Virus record (IMG/VR): IMGVR_UViG_3300035698_035310
Coordinates: 62,001-126,000 of that record
Length of the DNA stretch: 64,000 bases
Direction: 5' to 3' (one strand)
Part shown: positions 8,600-18,447 of the stretch, one piece after another
Numbering within the stretch: the first letter of the stretch is position 1
How the letters are laid out: each line of letters opens with the position of its first letter
Position numbers and translations under genes: made by a program
The notes under the pieces: generated by a model
Database searches by the model: none
Told to the model about the DNA's origin: nothing
Seen by the model: the letters and a program-made list of their open reading frames with translations, nothing else

Positions 8600-11209
8600 A
8601 TGAGTCAAGAAGATACAGCACGTGGTTCACGCGTCCGTGAATCAGAATTAGTTTTGCCACCTGGAGTATTTGCGTATGTTTTGGATGAAACAAAAGGTAA
8701 CGTAACAACATATTGTGGACCAAACAAATCAAGTTTATCACAAACCGATTCACCAGTTCTATATGATAATAAAACTGGAAGATTCACCCCGTGTAAAATT
8801 GAAAATGCATTACAAGTTAATATAACTGCAAGACAGGGTGAATATATTGTTCTACGCAATACCTCTAATAATGGTTCACATCCTGATGCCGGTAAAGCAG
8901 AACCACTTAATAATGATTTATTGAATATTGGTCAAACAGAAAATATTCCGGGTCCGGTTTCTTTTCCGTTATGGCCTACACAAACATGTGAAGTAGTTCC
9001 TGGACACCACCTTCGTTCTAATCAATATTTGTTAGTTCGTGTTTATGATGAAGAAGCAGCAAAAGATAATTGGGATAAAGCAGTTATTAAAGAAGCATCT
9101 ACTGGTAGCGAAGACACCGCCAGCGAAGATTCTGTTGTAACATCTAGCGAATCTGAAAATCTGGTTACAGGCCGATTGATGACCGTTAAAGGAACGAATG
9201 TAAGTTTCTATATTCCACCAACAGGCATCGAAGTTCTTAAAGATGAAACAGATTCATATGTTCGTGATGCTGTTACTCTTGAACGCCTCGAATATTGCAT
9301 CCTTCTTAATGAAGATGGTAACAAAGATTACAAACGTGGACCAGAAGTTGTATTTCCACAGCCTACTGAAGATTTTGTAACTAGCAATTCGAGCGGAACG
9401 ATAAAGCGCAAATTTCGTGCATATGAGTTGAATGACAACTCTGGACTTTATATTAAAGTTATTGCCGATTATGAAGAAGAAAATAGCCTTGGGGTTGTTG
9501 TTAAGAATAAACAAGGCGATGAATTATTCCTAACAGGCGATGATACTGCCATTTACTTCCCAAGACCTGAACATGCTATTATCAAATATGGCGAACAAGA
9601 AAAGCATTATTCTATTGCTATTCCAAAAGGCGAAGCGCGTTATGTTCTTGACCGAAATACTGGCGACGTTGAGTTAGTTACGGGACCAACTATGTTCCTT
9701 GCCGATCCACGCAAACATGTATCTGTTCGTCGTGTTCTCGATGATAGAATGTGTGGTTTGTATTTCCCTGGAAATACCGACGTATTATCACACAATCGTG
9801 TTCTTCGTGATGCACAAGTTGAAACTGGTGCTAGTTATGTAGAAGAAAATGATTTAGAAATCGCATATGCAGCAAGCAATCTCGACGATGGTGCAGGTTC
9901 TTCAATGACACGTGGATATAGTGCAACCAAACGCCGTTTAGCACCAGAAAAATCTACATTTGGCGACGAAATGAGCCGTGGAACTACATTTACACCACCG
10001 CGTATGATTACATTAGACACCAAGTTTGATGGCGCTGTGACAGTTAATGTATGGACTGGTTATGCAATTCAAGTGGTTAACAAATCTGGCGACAGACGCG
10101 TAATTCAAGGGCCACAAACAGTTTTATTGGAATATGACGAATATCTAGAGCGTTTATCTTTAAGTAAAGGTCGCCCTAAAAATCGTGATAATAAGTTAGA
10201 CACTGTGTATCTACGCGTAATGTCTAATCCAGTTAGTGATAAAATTGTTGTAAAAACTAAAGATTTGGTTGATTTAACCATCGATCTTAAATATTTGGTT
10301 AGATTTGTTGCCGACGAAAGCAATTGGTTCAATGTTGATAATTATGTTCAATATTTGTGCGATCACATGCGTTCACTTATTGGCAATCATGTTCGTCAAC
10401 TTACTATTCAAGAGTTTTATGCAAACGCAGCAGAAATATTGCGTGATTTGACACTTGGTAAAAAAGTTGAGGGTGCCGACGGTAGAGATAACCGTTTGTT
10501 TGGTGAAAATGATATGGAAGTTTACGACCTTGAAGTTATCACGGTTGCCATTGATGATTATGACATTGCTGATTTATTAAGCACTTCGCAACAAGAAGAA
10601 TTGGTTAATAGCATCAAATTGGAAACTGAACAACGCAGTCGTATTTTGATTGAAGGTCAAGAAGTAGCCAAACAGGGTGTATTGATAGCCAGAGAAAAAA
10701 CCAACGAATTGGTCGATCTCACCAAAAAGACGGCAGCGCATCGCGATCATGAAATTCGCACTGATGCAGTTGATCACGAAAATGCTATAGATAAGCTTCG
10801 TGCAGAGAGTAAACTTGATACACAGGCTACATATCAATTGATCAACGAATCGAAGCGTGGTGATAGAAAAGCAGATGAAGAATTGAGTATAAAATTTGCT
10901 GAAAAAGAATTGAGTCGTGAAATCGAACGCATTGTTGCATTAGCAGCCGCTGATGAAACCCGTGCTAAATCTGTAACACCAGGTTTGATTGAAGCACTTG
11001 CATCTATTGCTAAAACTGGCGCGTTTGAAAGCATATCTGAGCATCTTGCTCCATTATCGGTTGTTCGTGGTGAATCCATTGAACACACATTCAAAACGTT
11101 GATGGCTGGAACAGGTATGGAACCCTTGATTGAAAACATAGGTAAATTAGGTTCAAGTAGATTTGTTGCTGGAACCGGAACTGATGGCATGTCTATCAGC
11201 AACGATTAA
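8600..11209 (+). CDS. major vault protein (MVP) homologue
   Basis: Start reassigned to ATG 8600 (GAGGAG SD). Vault-type repeats (LVLPPGVFAYVLDETKGNVTTYCGP; IAIPKGEARYVLDRNTGDVELVTGP; AIQVVNKSGDRRVIQGPQTVLL), LSLSKGRPK motif, SPFH-like shoulder, long C-terminal cap helix. Confidence 0.88.
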   Translation: MSQEDTARGSRVRESELVLPPGVFAYVLDETKGNVTTYCGPNKSSLSQTDSPVLYDNKTGRFTPCKIENALQVNITARQGEYIVLRNTSNNGSHPDAGKAEPLNNDLLNIGQTENIPGPVSFPLWPTQTCEVVPGHHLRSNQYLLVRVYDEEAAKDNWDKAVIKEASTGSEDTASEDSVVTSSESENLVTGRLMTVKGTNVSFYIPPTGIEVLKDETDSYVRDAVTLERLEYCILLNEDGNKDYKRGPEVVFPQPTEDFVTSNSSGTIKRKFRAYELNDNSGLYIKVIADYEEENSLGVVVKNKQGDELFLTGDDTAIYFPRPEHAIIKYGEQEKHYSIAIPKGEARYVLDRNTGDVELVTGPTMFLADPRKHVSVRRVLDDRMCGLYFPGNTDVLSHNRVLRDAQVETGASYVEENDLEIAYAASNLDDGAGSSMTRGYSATKRRLAPEKSTFGDEMSRGTTFTPPRMITLDTKFDGAVTVNVWTGYAIQVVNKSGDRRVIQGPQTVLLEYDEYLERLSLSKGRPKNRDNKLDTVYLRVMSNPVSDKIVVKTKDLVDLTIDLKYLVRFVADESNWFNVDNYVQYLCDHMRSLIGNHVRQLTIQEFYANAAEILRDLTLGKKVEGADGRDNRLFGENDMEVYDLEVITVAIDDYDIADLLSTSQQEELVNSIKLETEQRSRILIEGQEVAKQGVLIAREKTNELVDLTKKTAAHRDHEIRTDAVDHENAIDKLRAESKLDTQATYQLINESKRGDRKADEELSIKFAEKELSREIERIVALAAADETRAKSVTPGLIEALASIAKTGAFESISEHLAPLSVVRGESIEHTFKTLMAGTGMEPLIENIGKLGSSRFVAGTGTDGMSISND

Positions 11210-11227
11210 TATTTAATTGTTATAACG

Positions 11228-11262
11228 AATGGCTACTATATTTCTATAGTAGCCATTTTTTT
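11228..11262 (+). terminator. intrinsic terminator after MVP
   Basis: AATGGCTACTATA-tttc-TATAGTAGCCATT + T run. Confidence 0.85.
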
Positions 11263-11310
11263 GTCTACATACTATAAATACTTATAACCTATTATAATGA
11301 GGATAATATT

Positions 11311-11598
11311 ATGGTAACAAAATATGGACAAACTGATGCACAATTGAGTTATAATCAACCAGTATCCGCAATTGAAGTTGTAACGGATACTGATCCTATG
11401 CCATTAGCAAAACAATCAAGATTGGGTAAGTATGAACTTTATAAATCCAAAAATGGTGAATGGCATTTTCGATTGAAGGCTGGTAATGGCGAAATTATCG
11501 CTATATCGGAAGGATATAAATCCAAAGAGGGTGCATTAAATGGCATCGATTCGGTAAAAAGAAACTCACAAACAAGAAAAACTGTTGAACTTTCTTAA
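11311..11598 (+). CDS. YegP/DUF1508 family protein
   Basis: YELYKSKNGEWHFRLKAGNGEIIAISEGYKSKEGALNGIDSVK; TATAAATA late promoter at ~11273. Confidence 0.9.
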   Translation: MVTKYGQTDAQLSYNQPVSAIEVVTDTDPMPLAKQSRLGKYELYKSKNGEWHFRLKAGNGEIIAISEGYKSKEGALNGIDSVKRNSQTRKTVELS

Positions 11599-11811
11599 CT
11601 AAATACTTATGTACTAATATTATAGAAATATATAGGGAAAAACATGATTTAGCAATTTATGAGTGGACCGACATTGATCGTGAAAACACAAAAAGGGGTT
11701 TGACATCGGTTAAACCCCTACATTTTTGTATTATATTTGGTTTTAAATTGAATTATTTGATAAATATTGGTATAATTGCATAATAATAGCCTAAATTGGT
11801 ATTATAATGCA

Positions 11812-11873
11812 AAGAGTTGCAGAATAGTCTGGACTCAAAAAATTAATACTTGCTTTTAAGGGGTAATAACATG
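11812..11873 (+). promoter_or_regulatory. ROSE-like RNA thermometer in the hsp20 5' leader
   Basis: TACTTGCT-ttta-AGGGGTA pairs a UUGCU motif (bulged G) with the SD; upstream hairpin GAGTTGCAGA-atag-TCTGGACTC. Confidence 0.65.
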
Positions 11874-12329
11874 AATAATAAAAACACAACACTAACAGAA
11901 TTTGATAGATTTGTAGACCAAGTGTCTAACGACCTAGCCAAAACCACAATCGGAATGGGAAGAGTTTTTGATGGCGTAAGAACATCACTCGGAAATTACG
12001 ATTCGTATCCACCATTTAATTTTGAACAACATAGCGAAACGCAATATCGCGTCGTTTTTGCGTTAGCTGGTTTCGAAAAAGAAGATATCACGGTGGAAGT
12101 TAAAAATGGTAATTGGCTTACTATCGTGGGTGAAAAACTCGACGACGAAAATGAAGTTCAACCAACATATTTACATCGTGGTATAGCCAATCGTGCGTTT
12201 AAACGTTTGGTTCAAATTGCCGATGATGTCGAAGTTAAAGATGCGGTAATGAACAATGGATTATTGACTGTAACATTGGAACAACATATTCCAGAATCAA
12301 AACAATCAAAATCTATTAAAATAAAATAA
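11871..12329 (+). CDS. small heat shock protein (Hsp20/IbpA family)
   Basis: SYPPFN, ALAGF, YLHRGIANRAF, NGLLTV motifs. Confidence 0.95.
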   Translation: MNNKNTTLTEFDRFVDQVSNDLAKTTIGMGRVFDGVRTSLGNYDSYPPFNFEQHSETQYRVVFALAGFEKEDITVEVKNGNWLTIVGEKLDDENEVQPTYLHRGIANRAFKRLVQIADDVEVKDAVMNNGLLTVTLEQHIPESKQSKSIKIK

Positions 12330-12334
12330 CTATC

Positions 12335-12368
12335 AAAAATAGAGCAGCATAATCGCTGCTCTATTTTT
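12335..12368 (+). terminator. intrinsic (bidirectional) terminator
   Basis: AAAAATAGAGCAGC-ataatc-GCTGCTCTATTTTT. Confidence 0.85.
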
Positions 12369-12371
12369 CCA

Positions 12372-12400
12372 TTGACATCGTTTTAAAATTGATATATAAT
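12372..12400 (+). promoter_or_regulatory. consensus sigma70 promoter
   Basis: TTGACA-N17-TATAAT. Confidence 0.85.
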
Positions 12401-12435
12401 GACTTTCTAATATTACTTATAAAAGGATTTATTAT

Positions 12436-12846
12436 ATGACAACAGCGATCACAACAGATACACCAGCACTTCGTGTGAAAATAATGGGAATGATCGATTC
12501 AATATTTGAATATTGTGACGAGAATGATACTGACAAAGTTTATAAAAAAATGCATGAAGTGTTGAAATGTCTACACGATAATGGATTTTTGACTCAAGAG
12601 TTGGACGAAGACGATCTATACGAAATCGAAGCGGATTCCAAATATATATTTCATGTAGGTCTTACCGACGGCGTCGATGGTTGGAATTTTAATGATGAAC
12701 GCGCCCTTTCGTCACATTATTCATCGTTTGCCCTATATGTTGTTAGGAATATGGTAAAATGGAATAACTATGCTGCATCTATTACAGATAGTAAATACTG
12801 GGTGCATGTATCAAAAATATATACAAATACGGTAATGAAACTCTAA
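12436..12846 (+). CDS. hypothetical protein
   Basis: AAGGA SD; follows promoter. Confidence 0.7.
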   Translation: MTTAITTDTPALRVKIMGMIDSIFEYCDENDTDKVYKKMHEVLKCLHDNGFLTQELDEDDLYEIEADSKYIFHVGLTDGVDGWNFNDERALSSHYSSFALYVVRNMVKWNNYAASITDSKYWVHVSKIYTNTVMKL

Positions 12847-12858
12847 GAGGTAATATTA

Positions 12859-14616
12859 ATGAACGAATCAATTGGAAATATAGTATCACTTGAAAATGAT
12901 GTAATAGTTATTCGCGATGGTGTTACTATATCTTTGACCGAAGGGGATGAAATATTGCAACAAGATGAAATAGTAACAACAGAAGGTAGTGTCGTAACGA
13001 TACAGTTTACTGATGAATCTATTTTCTCGATGAGTGATAGTGGATCGATGATAATCGATGAAATGATATACGATCCAGCCGAACAAATGGGAAGTATGAC
13101 ATTAGAAATAGGTCACGGTGTGGCTACTTTTGTATCTGGAATGATCGCAAAATCTGACCCAAATGCAATGCTTATCGAAACACCAGTAGCAACAATAGGC
13201 ATTCGTGGAACGAAAGTTGGTGTAGACGTAGCAACCGATGGCATCACACGTGTGGTATTATTGGAAGAACATGATGGGTTCGTTGGTGAAATTGTAATTT
13301 CCACTTCTGTGGATGTTCAAGTAATAAATCGAGCAAATATGTCAACAACTATTTCATATGGCGATATCGTTCTAAGTGATCCAATTTTGATGACTGATGT
13401 ATTAATTGATTCGATATATGGTAATTCTTTATTGCGTGCTAATGAAGCAGTAAAATTTTTAGACGATGTAATACCTGAATTAGATGAAAATAATAATTTA
13501 TTATATGAAACACAAACAGGGTTTGATGAATTTGTAACTGATGCCGGTGGTGACGAATATGATGAAGATTTCACCAACATAGTTGATGAACGAATTAATA
13601 ATGTTGTTAATACATATGGTGCCATTGATCCAATAAGTGAAATTTCTGAAACTGTGACACCAGATGTTGAAATTTTTACTGATGACAAAAATGAAAATGA
13701 TGAAATTATTAATTTAAATATATTTCCTGAACCAGTGCCTACACCTACACCTGAACCCACGTCTGAACCAGTGCCTACACCTACACCTACACCTGAACCC
13801 ACGTCTGAACCAGTGCCTACACCTACACCTACACCTGAACCCACGTCTGAACCAGTGCCTACGCCTACACCTACACCTGAACCAACGTCTGAACCAGTGC
13901 CTATATTGGTGCTTGACCCAGTTAGAATCGATAAGAATAATTTTGATGATATAGACAGCGGATTTAGGGTTGTGGGTAGAGATATTGATGGAGAAATCGC
14001 CGAAGATAATGTAGTTGTATCTAGTGGCGCACTTGGTGTTAGTGGTGCGGTGATTGGAAATGTTGTCCCCAATCAAATTGGACATAATCCAGTTACTGGT
14101 GAAGCCGAAGGTATAATTGTAGAGTTCGACAACAATGTAACACAAGTTGAATTTGGTGTTTCAAGGTTGTATAAAAACGAAGGTGATGGACGTGGATCGT
14201 CTGGCGACGAACAGGGCAAGGTTATACTTTATAGAAATGATGAAATTGTAGGCGAAGTAGAATTTACAGCACAGCAACGACATACTGGAACATTTACAGT
14301 ACAAGCGGATGATGGCGGCACGTTTGACACGATTGAATTTACGGCTACGGATTATTCTGATGATGATGCCAATCAAACTGGTGATAGTTCAGATTATTTA
14401 GTTACGCAAATTACATACACCCCAGTCGCACCCGATGAAAATGAATTTGACATAAATGATATAATTTGTGGCGATGATGAAATGAATTTTCCAGATGATG
14501 AAAATCAAGAAATAATAAATGGCAATAATTCCAATGGTAATGATAGTGGCGTCTCGGGTGACAGTTATACAACTACCGACAACTTCCAAAATGGTACCGT
14601 TATCGATTTTGAATAA
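12859..14616 (+). CDS. FecR-domain protein with Pro/Thr linker and acidic beta-rich C-terminal domain
   Basis: FVSGMIAK...[13 protein letters not shown] FecR motif; [15 protein letters not shown] repeats. Confidence 0.8.
   Translation: MNESIGNIVSLENDVIVIRDGVTISLTEGDEILQQDEIVTTEGSVVTIQFTDESIFSMSDSGSMIIDEMIYDPAEQMGSMTLEIGHGVATFVSGMIAKSDPNAMLIETPVATIGIRGTKVGVDVATDGITRVVLLEEHDGFVGEIVISTSVDVQVINRANMSTTISYGDIVLSDPILMTDVLIDSIYGNSLLRANEAVKFLDDVIPELDENNNLLYETQTGFDEFVTDAGGDEYDEDFTNIVDERINNVVNTYGAIDPISEISETVTPDVEIFTDDKNENDEIINLNIFPEPVPTPTPEPTSEPVPTPTPTPEPTSEPVPTPTPTPEPTSEPVPTPTPTPEPTSEPVPILVLDPVRIDKNNFDDIDSGFRVVGRDIDGEIAEDNVVVSSGALGVSGAVIGNVVPNQIGHNPVTGEAEGIIVEFDNNVTQVEFGVSRLYKNEGDGRGSSGDEQGKVILYRNDEIVGEVEFTAQQRHTGTFTVQADDGGTFDTIEFTATDYSDDDANQTGDSSDYLVTQITYTPVAPDENEFDINDIICGDDEMNFPDDENQEIINGNNSNGNDSGVSGDSYTTTDNFQNGTVIDFE
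13726..13903 (+). repeat. coding tandem repeat (one 36-bp and three 42-bp units plus a partial)
   Basis: CTGAACCAGTGCCTAC(ACCTAC)nACCTGAACCCACGT units at 13727, 13763, 13805, 13847 and partial at 13889. Confidence 0.95.
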
Positions 14617-14680
14617 AACAACTTGATTAATTATTGTAATTTTGGTATATTAGAATATAATTATTTTAAGGAATATCAAA

Positions 14681-15208
14681 ATGTCGTATGAACAATGCCC
14701 TACCACAAACGAAGATGTAACTATTGGTTTATTTGGAACATGTGGTAACTCGAATTGGCGTGAACCATTCATCAATCAATTCAAGCGTGATAACACACAA
14801 TGGTTTAACCCTAATGTAAAAGATTGGAACCCTGATAATGCAGTGATTGAAGCAAATCATTTAGTTGATGATGATATTGTGTTGTTTCCTATATTGGGTG
14901 ACGAATTGGGAACCGCATCATTATCCGAAACTGCTTTTTCAGTATTACGGGCAATGACAGAAAGAAAATCTAAATTTACTGTAATATTCATTGAGCCAGC
15001 CGACATATCGTTAGAAGAAAAATTTGGAACACATGCATATAAAGCATCAAGAAATGCTCGAACAATTGTTATGGCGCATTTAGATGCAATTAAACATGAT
15101 CATGTTTATGTTGCGGAAAAGTTATCAGATATGTTACCTATTAGTATATTGTTGCATAGAGCGTGCAAGCAATTAAAATCAGCCAGAGGATATTTGAATG
15201 AAAAATGA
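14681..15208 (+). CDS. nucleoside 2-deoxyribosyltransferase-like protein
   Basis: IGLFGTCGNSNWRE...FNPNVKDW...EANHL...SLSE pattern. Confidence 0.65.
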   Translation: MSYEQCPTTNEDVTIGLFGTCGNSNWREPFINQFKRDNTQWFNPNVKDWNPDNAVIEANHLVDDDIVLFPILGDELGTASLSETAFSVLRAMTERKSKFTVIFIEPADISLEEKFGTHAYKASRNARTIVMAHLDAIKHDHVYVAEKLSDMLPISILLHRACKQLKSARGYLNEK

Positions 15209-15932
15209 AAATGTAAAAATAGGTGATGTTGTTTATATGATATCAAAGGAACGAATTTGCGGTACAATATGGGTTCCTACAATAACTGAATCAATCGTTC
15301 AATTTATTGATGACGACGGCGATATTGATATATTAAATTATGATTATTATACATCATTATATTTTAATAAACAAGATGCTATAGATGCGTTCCGATTAGT
15401 CGCAGTGGAACAGGGTGATTATTATGAGAAAATGTCAAGACAAATGGATGCACTCATTGATGAATATACCGATGAATATATTATCGACCATATCGTAGAA
15501 TTAAATGATAAGGAATGGGTTATACCAGAACAAAAATTCAAACAAGGTGATACTGTATATGTTGTTTTGTTGGCAGATGATCGTGGATATTCGGGCGCGA
15601 CACCTAAAAATGGATATGAGATTCATACAACAACTGTTGAAAGTGTATCGTTATATAATCGCGCAGGAAAATTGGAAATTATATACAGATTTGAATCTGC
15701 ATATAAATTTGAACCTGATCGCGCCTTCAAAACATTTGAAGAAGCAAAAATTTATTTGACACAGTTATTAACTGATTTACTTAAATCATATACAATTACA
15801 TTGAAAAACGTCATCGACGATAAACAAAAAGTTGAATCAATTCAAACAAGTTCTGAATACACTGTAGAATTAGGACAAAAGTTACTTAAAGCAGGAATGT
15901 TTGGAAGAAGAAAAGGCACAATAGGTTCATGA
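15198..15932 (+). CDS. hypothetical protein with two SH3-like repeats
   Basis: VKIGDVVY...LYFNKQDA and FKQGDTVY...AFKTFEEA internal duplication. Confidence 0.7.
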   Translation: MKNENVKIGDVVYMISKERICGTIWVPTITESIVQFIDDDGDIDILNYDYYTSLYFNKQDAIDAFRLVAVEQGDYYEKMSRQMDALIDEYTDEYIIDHIVELNDKEWVIPEQKFKQGDTVYVVLLADDRGYSGATPKNGYEIHTTTVESVSLYNRAGKLEIIYRFESAYKFEPDRAFKTFEEAKIYLTQLLTDLLKSYTITLKNVIDDKQKVESIQTSSEYTVELGQKLLKAGMFGRRKGTIGS

Positions 15933-16651
15933 TTAAAGAATATCTATTAATAGAAGATACATTATACCCCATGCTGCCGGATAGTTCCGAAGAAGCAGGA
16001 TTTCACGACTCTAAAATGTGGAATGTGTACAAAGGCGACGAAATGATTGGTATCATAAGCGGTTATACATTTCAACCCGTTTCGGTACAATATATGAAAT
16101 ATGAAGGAATGCAAGTATATCATTTTGATAAAGAAATTGAAGATGGTGAAGCATCAGATTTATACGCGCTAGCACTCCATGATGAGGTAGTAAAAAAATA
16201 TGATTCTTCACAAGACGTAACAGAAAATATTCTTACCGAAACAATGCACATACAAGAAGCGATGCCAGATGAACGAATTATTAATGCCACCGTTGCGCAT
16301 CAAGCGGTGATAGAAGAAAAACAAACACAAGCAAATATTTTATATGAAGCAACCGAACAACCAGCACTAATTGATACATTGCGTGATACCTATGAATCAG
16401 TTCATAATATAACTTTTGTATTTGGTAAAACAATTGCCGAGGCAATAGAATTTCTTAAAGAAGAAGGCGAAGTCGTAGGCGATGATGCAGTTATAGGAAT
16501 ACATGAAGATTATGGTCAACGATGTATCGTAATGCACGAAAGTGAAGAGCATCGAACAGAACGATTGAGAGTCGAAGATGAATTGCGCGAAGCCGCAATG
16601 TCGAAACTTACAATTGAAGAAAAACGTGCGCTTGGTATAGGGAGGAAATAG
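15929..16651 (+). CDS. hypothetical protein
   Basis: Coupled ORF; C-terminal AMSKLTIEEKRALG motif. Confidence 0.7.
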   Translation: MIKEYLLIEDTLYPMLPDSSEEAGFHDSKMWNVYKGDEMIGIISGYTFQPVSVQYMKYEGMQVYHFDKEIEDGEASDLYALALHDEVVKKYDSSQDVTENILTETMHIQEAMPDERIINATVAHQAVIEEKQTQANILYEATEQPALIDTLRDTYESVHNITFVFGKTIAEAIEFLKEEGEVVGDDAVIGIHEDYGQRCIVMHESEEHRTERLRVEDELREAAMSKLTIEEKRALGIGRK

Positions 16652-16863
16652 TGACAGAATCTTTATCTAATATTCGTCGGAGAACTTTGGATATGCCAGC
16701 ATGGAAAAAGTTTTTATGCGCATTGCGACGACACAAATACAACGGTTGGAAAACGATATATCGATCAGGTTTTGAATCACTGTATTCAACTGGTATGAGC
16801 CGTGTATGCACTTATTGCGGTAAAGAAGAAAAAATACTCACGGGTAATAGAAAAGGAGGTTGA
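16651..16863 (+). CDS. small Zn-ribbon protein
   Basis: FLC...HKY...CTYCG. Confidence 0.6.
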   Translation: MTESLSNIRRRTLDMPAWKKFLCALRRHKYNGWKTIYRSGFESLYSTGMSRVCTYCGKEEKILTGNRKGG

Positions 16864-16866
16864 ATA

Positions 16867-17085
16867 ATGTTTTGTTTTCACAAATATGACAAAGAAATAA
16901 AAGATGGCTATCAGTTTTGCACAAAATGCGGTAAAGCACATTCAGTTGTATGTGTACATGAATGGAAAACTATTCATGAATATAACGTGACTACATCAAC
17001 AATAGGGGGTTCAAAACGACAAAGTGTGGAATACCATCTGCAATGTAAAAAATGCGGTAATTTAAAAGTTAGACATCTGGAATAA
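16867..17085 (+). CDS. small Zn-ribbon protein
   Basis: CFHKY..CTKCG..CVHEW..CKKCG; AGGAGG SD. Confidence 0.7.
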   Translation: MFCFHKYDKEIKDGYQFCTKCGKAHSVVCVHEWKTIHEYNVTTSTIGGSKRQSVEYHLQCKKCGNLKVRHLE

Positions 17086-17152
17086 TCTATTGACATCTCC
17101 GCACATTTATGTTATATTGGAATCATTATTAACACAAAGAAAGGATAATATC

Positions 17153-17590
17153 ATGTTGAATAAACTGTCCGCTGCAACCATCCAAGCACGTAAAGATAAA
17201 AACGGAGACGCTAAATTATTGGTTACGTTTCTCTCCGAAGTTCGAATGCGTGCCAAAGATGATGGCAATCGTGAAGTGACTGACACTGATATCGTTAAAG
17301 TTGCGCAAAAATTCATGAAATCAGCAAAAGAAACAGTAGGCATTCTTCAAAAAGACGATAGCCGACCAGATGCCCTTACAGCCGCACTACGTGAAATCGA
17401 AGTGCTTGATGCGTATATTCCTACACTTATGGATGAAGACGCTACACGGGCTGCTGTAGCCGCTGCAATCGAAGCAACTGGCGCTACCGATATGTCTGAT
17501 ATGGGTAGAATTATGGGTGAATTGAAAAAATCACACGGCGTAACCATTAATATGGGTCTTGCTTCCGGTATTTTGAAAACGTCATTCTAA
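17153..17590 (+). CDS. GatB/YqeY domain protein
   Basis: ARKDK...EIEVLDAYIP...DMGRIMGELK; own promoter TTGACA(17090)-N17-TATATT; start moved to the ATG after AAGGA. Confidence 0.9.
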   Translation: MLNKLSAATIQARKDKNGDAKLLVTFLSEVRMRAKDDGNREVTDTDIVKVAQKFMKSAKETVGILQKDDSRPDALTAALREIEVLDAYIPTLMDEDATRAAVAAAIEATGATDMSDMGRIMGELKKSHGVTINMGLASGILKTSF

Positions 17591-18054
17591 TGGATACAAT
17601 CATTGATCCAGACGTAGTTAAAAAGTGGTTAAAAGATAATCATACAACATATGAATCTATTCGTGAAATGGGTTTAATAGATGCATTCAACAACGAAGTA
17701 GGATTTGAAGTATTTAATCCTATCTGCTTTGATGAGGGTGCTGCTTATGCTGATTTTTTAATCACTACTACTGCACTATATGGTCATTCATGGTCATTTA
17801 GTGTATATGAAATTGGTTCGTGGCAGAGTTTTGATCGAAATAATTTATTTGATGTTCCATGTGACTTGGAAATATACATCAACGGATTCATCAAATGGGA
17901 CGGTTGTTCACATTTTTGGTTCGGCGATGAAGATGGATATATTCATATTTGTGGTGCTGATGAATTTGAAAAACATAACAAATTGATGACCTACGTTTAT
18001 AACGAAGCAAACGAAATGATTCAAACTTTTGATCAAAGTGAATTATTAACATAA
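17590..18054 (+). CDS. hypothetical phage protein
   Basis: GFIKWDGCSH...HICG motif; coupled start. Confidence 0.7.
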   Translation: MDTIIDPDVVKKWLKDNHTTYESIREMGLIDAFNNEVGFEVFNPICFDEGAAYADFLITTTALYGHSWSFSVYEIGSWQSFDRNNLFDVPCDLEIYINGFIKWDGCSHFWFGDEDGYIHICGADEFEKHNKLMTYVYNEANEMIQTFDQSELLT

Positions 18055-18064
18055 GGAGAATAAC

Positions 18065-18397
18065 ATGAAGTTTTCATTTAATATGGATATGTATGGCGCA
18101 TTCAATACTAAACTCGACTGGCAATATGAACAACATGGCGAAGGTGACGTATTGATTACCGTGTATCCTACCGAAGAAGCCGATAGTGGTGTAGCTTCAG
18201 TGTTGTCATTCGAAGAAATGTTCACAGAACTCGTTTCGTTGAATATGCTGGTCGGGAAAGACGTTTTTCCTAAAGAAGCAGATAAAATGGAAATGGTGGA
18301 TGAATTATATCGTATTCATGAAAGTTTTATGGATGCATTTAACGCCGCTAAAGATCGTGTGGTTGATGCTAAAGTATCTAAAATTAAAAAGAAATAA
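18065..18397 (+). CDS. hypothetical protein
   Basis: AAGGAG SD. Confidence 0.7.
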   Translation: MKFSFNMDMYGAFNTKLDWQYEQHGEGDVLITVYPTEEADSGVASVLSFEEMFTELVSLNMLVGKDVFPKEADKMEMVDELYRIHESFMDAFNAAKDRVVDAKVSKIKKK

Positions 18398-18426
18398 TTG
18401 ACAGAAAGAGGTAGTTGAGGTAATAT
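18398..18426 (+). promoter_or_regulatory. sigma70 promoter for the tRNA
   Basis: TTGACA-N17-TAATAT. Confidence 0.75.
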
Positions 18427-18447
18427 AAAAATAGATAAACAACCGAT

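Noticed and set aside
13726-13903. Tandem repeats as a CRISPR or guide-RNA array
   Set aside because: Units are contiguous, have no unique spacers, are multiples of 3 and encode a Pro/Thr linker; no cas genes in the window.
13317-14145. Long - strand ORFs (251 aa GVGVG-rich; 143 aa RCRCR-rich)
   Set aside because: Antisense shadows of the repeat-containing FecR gene; no SD or promoter support.
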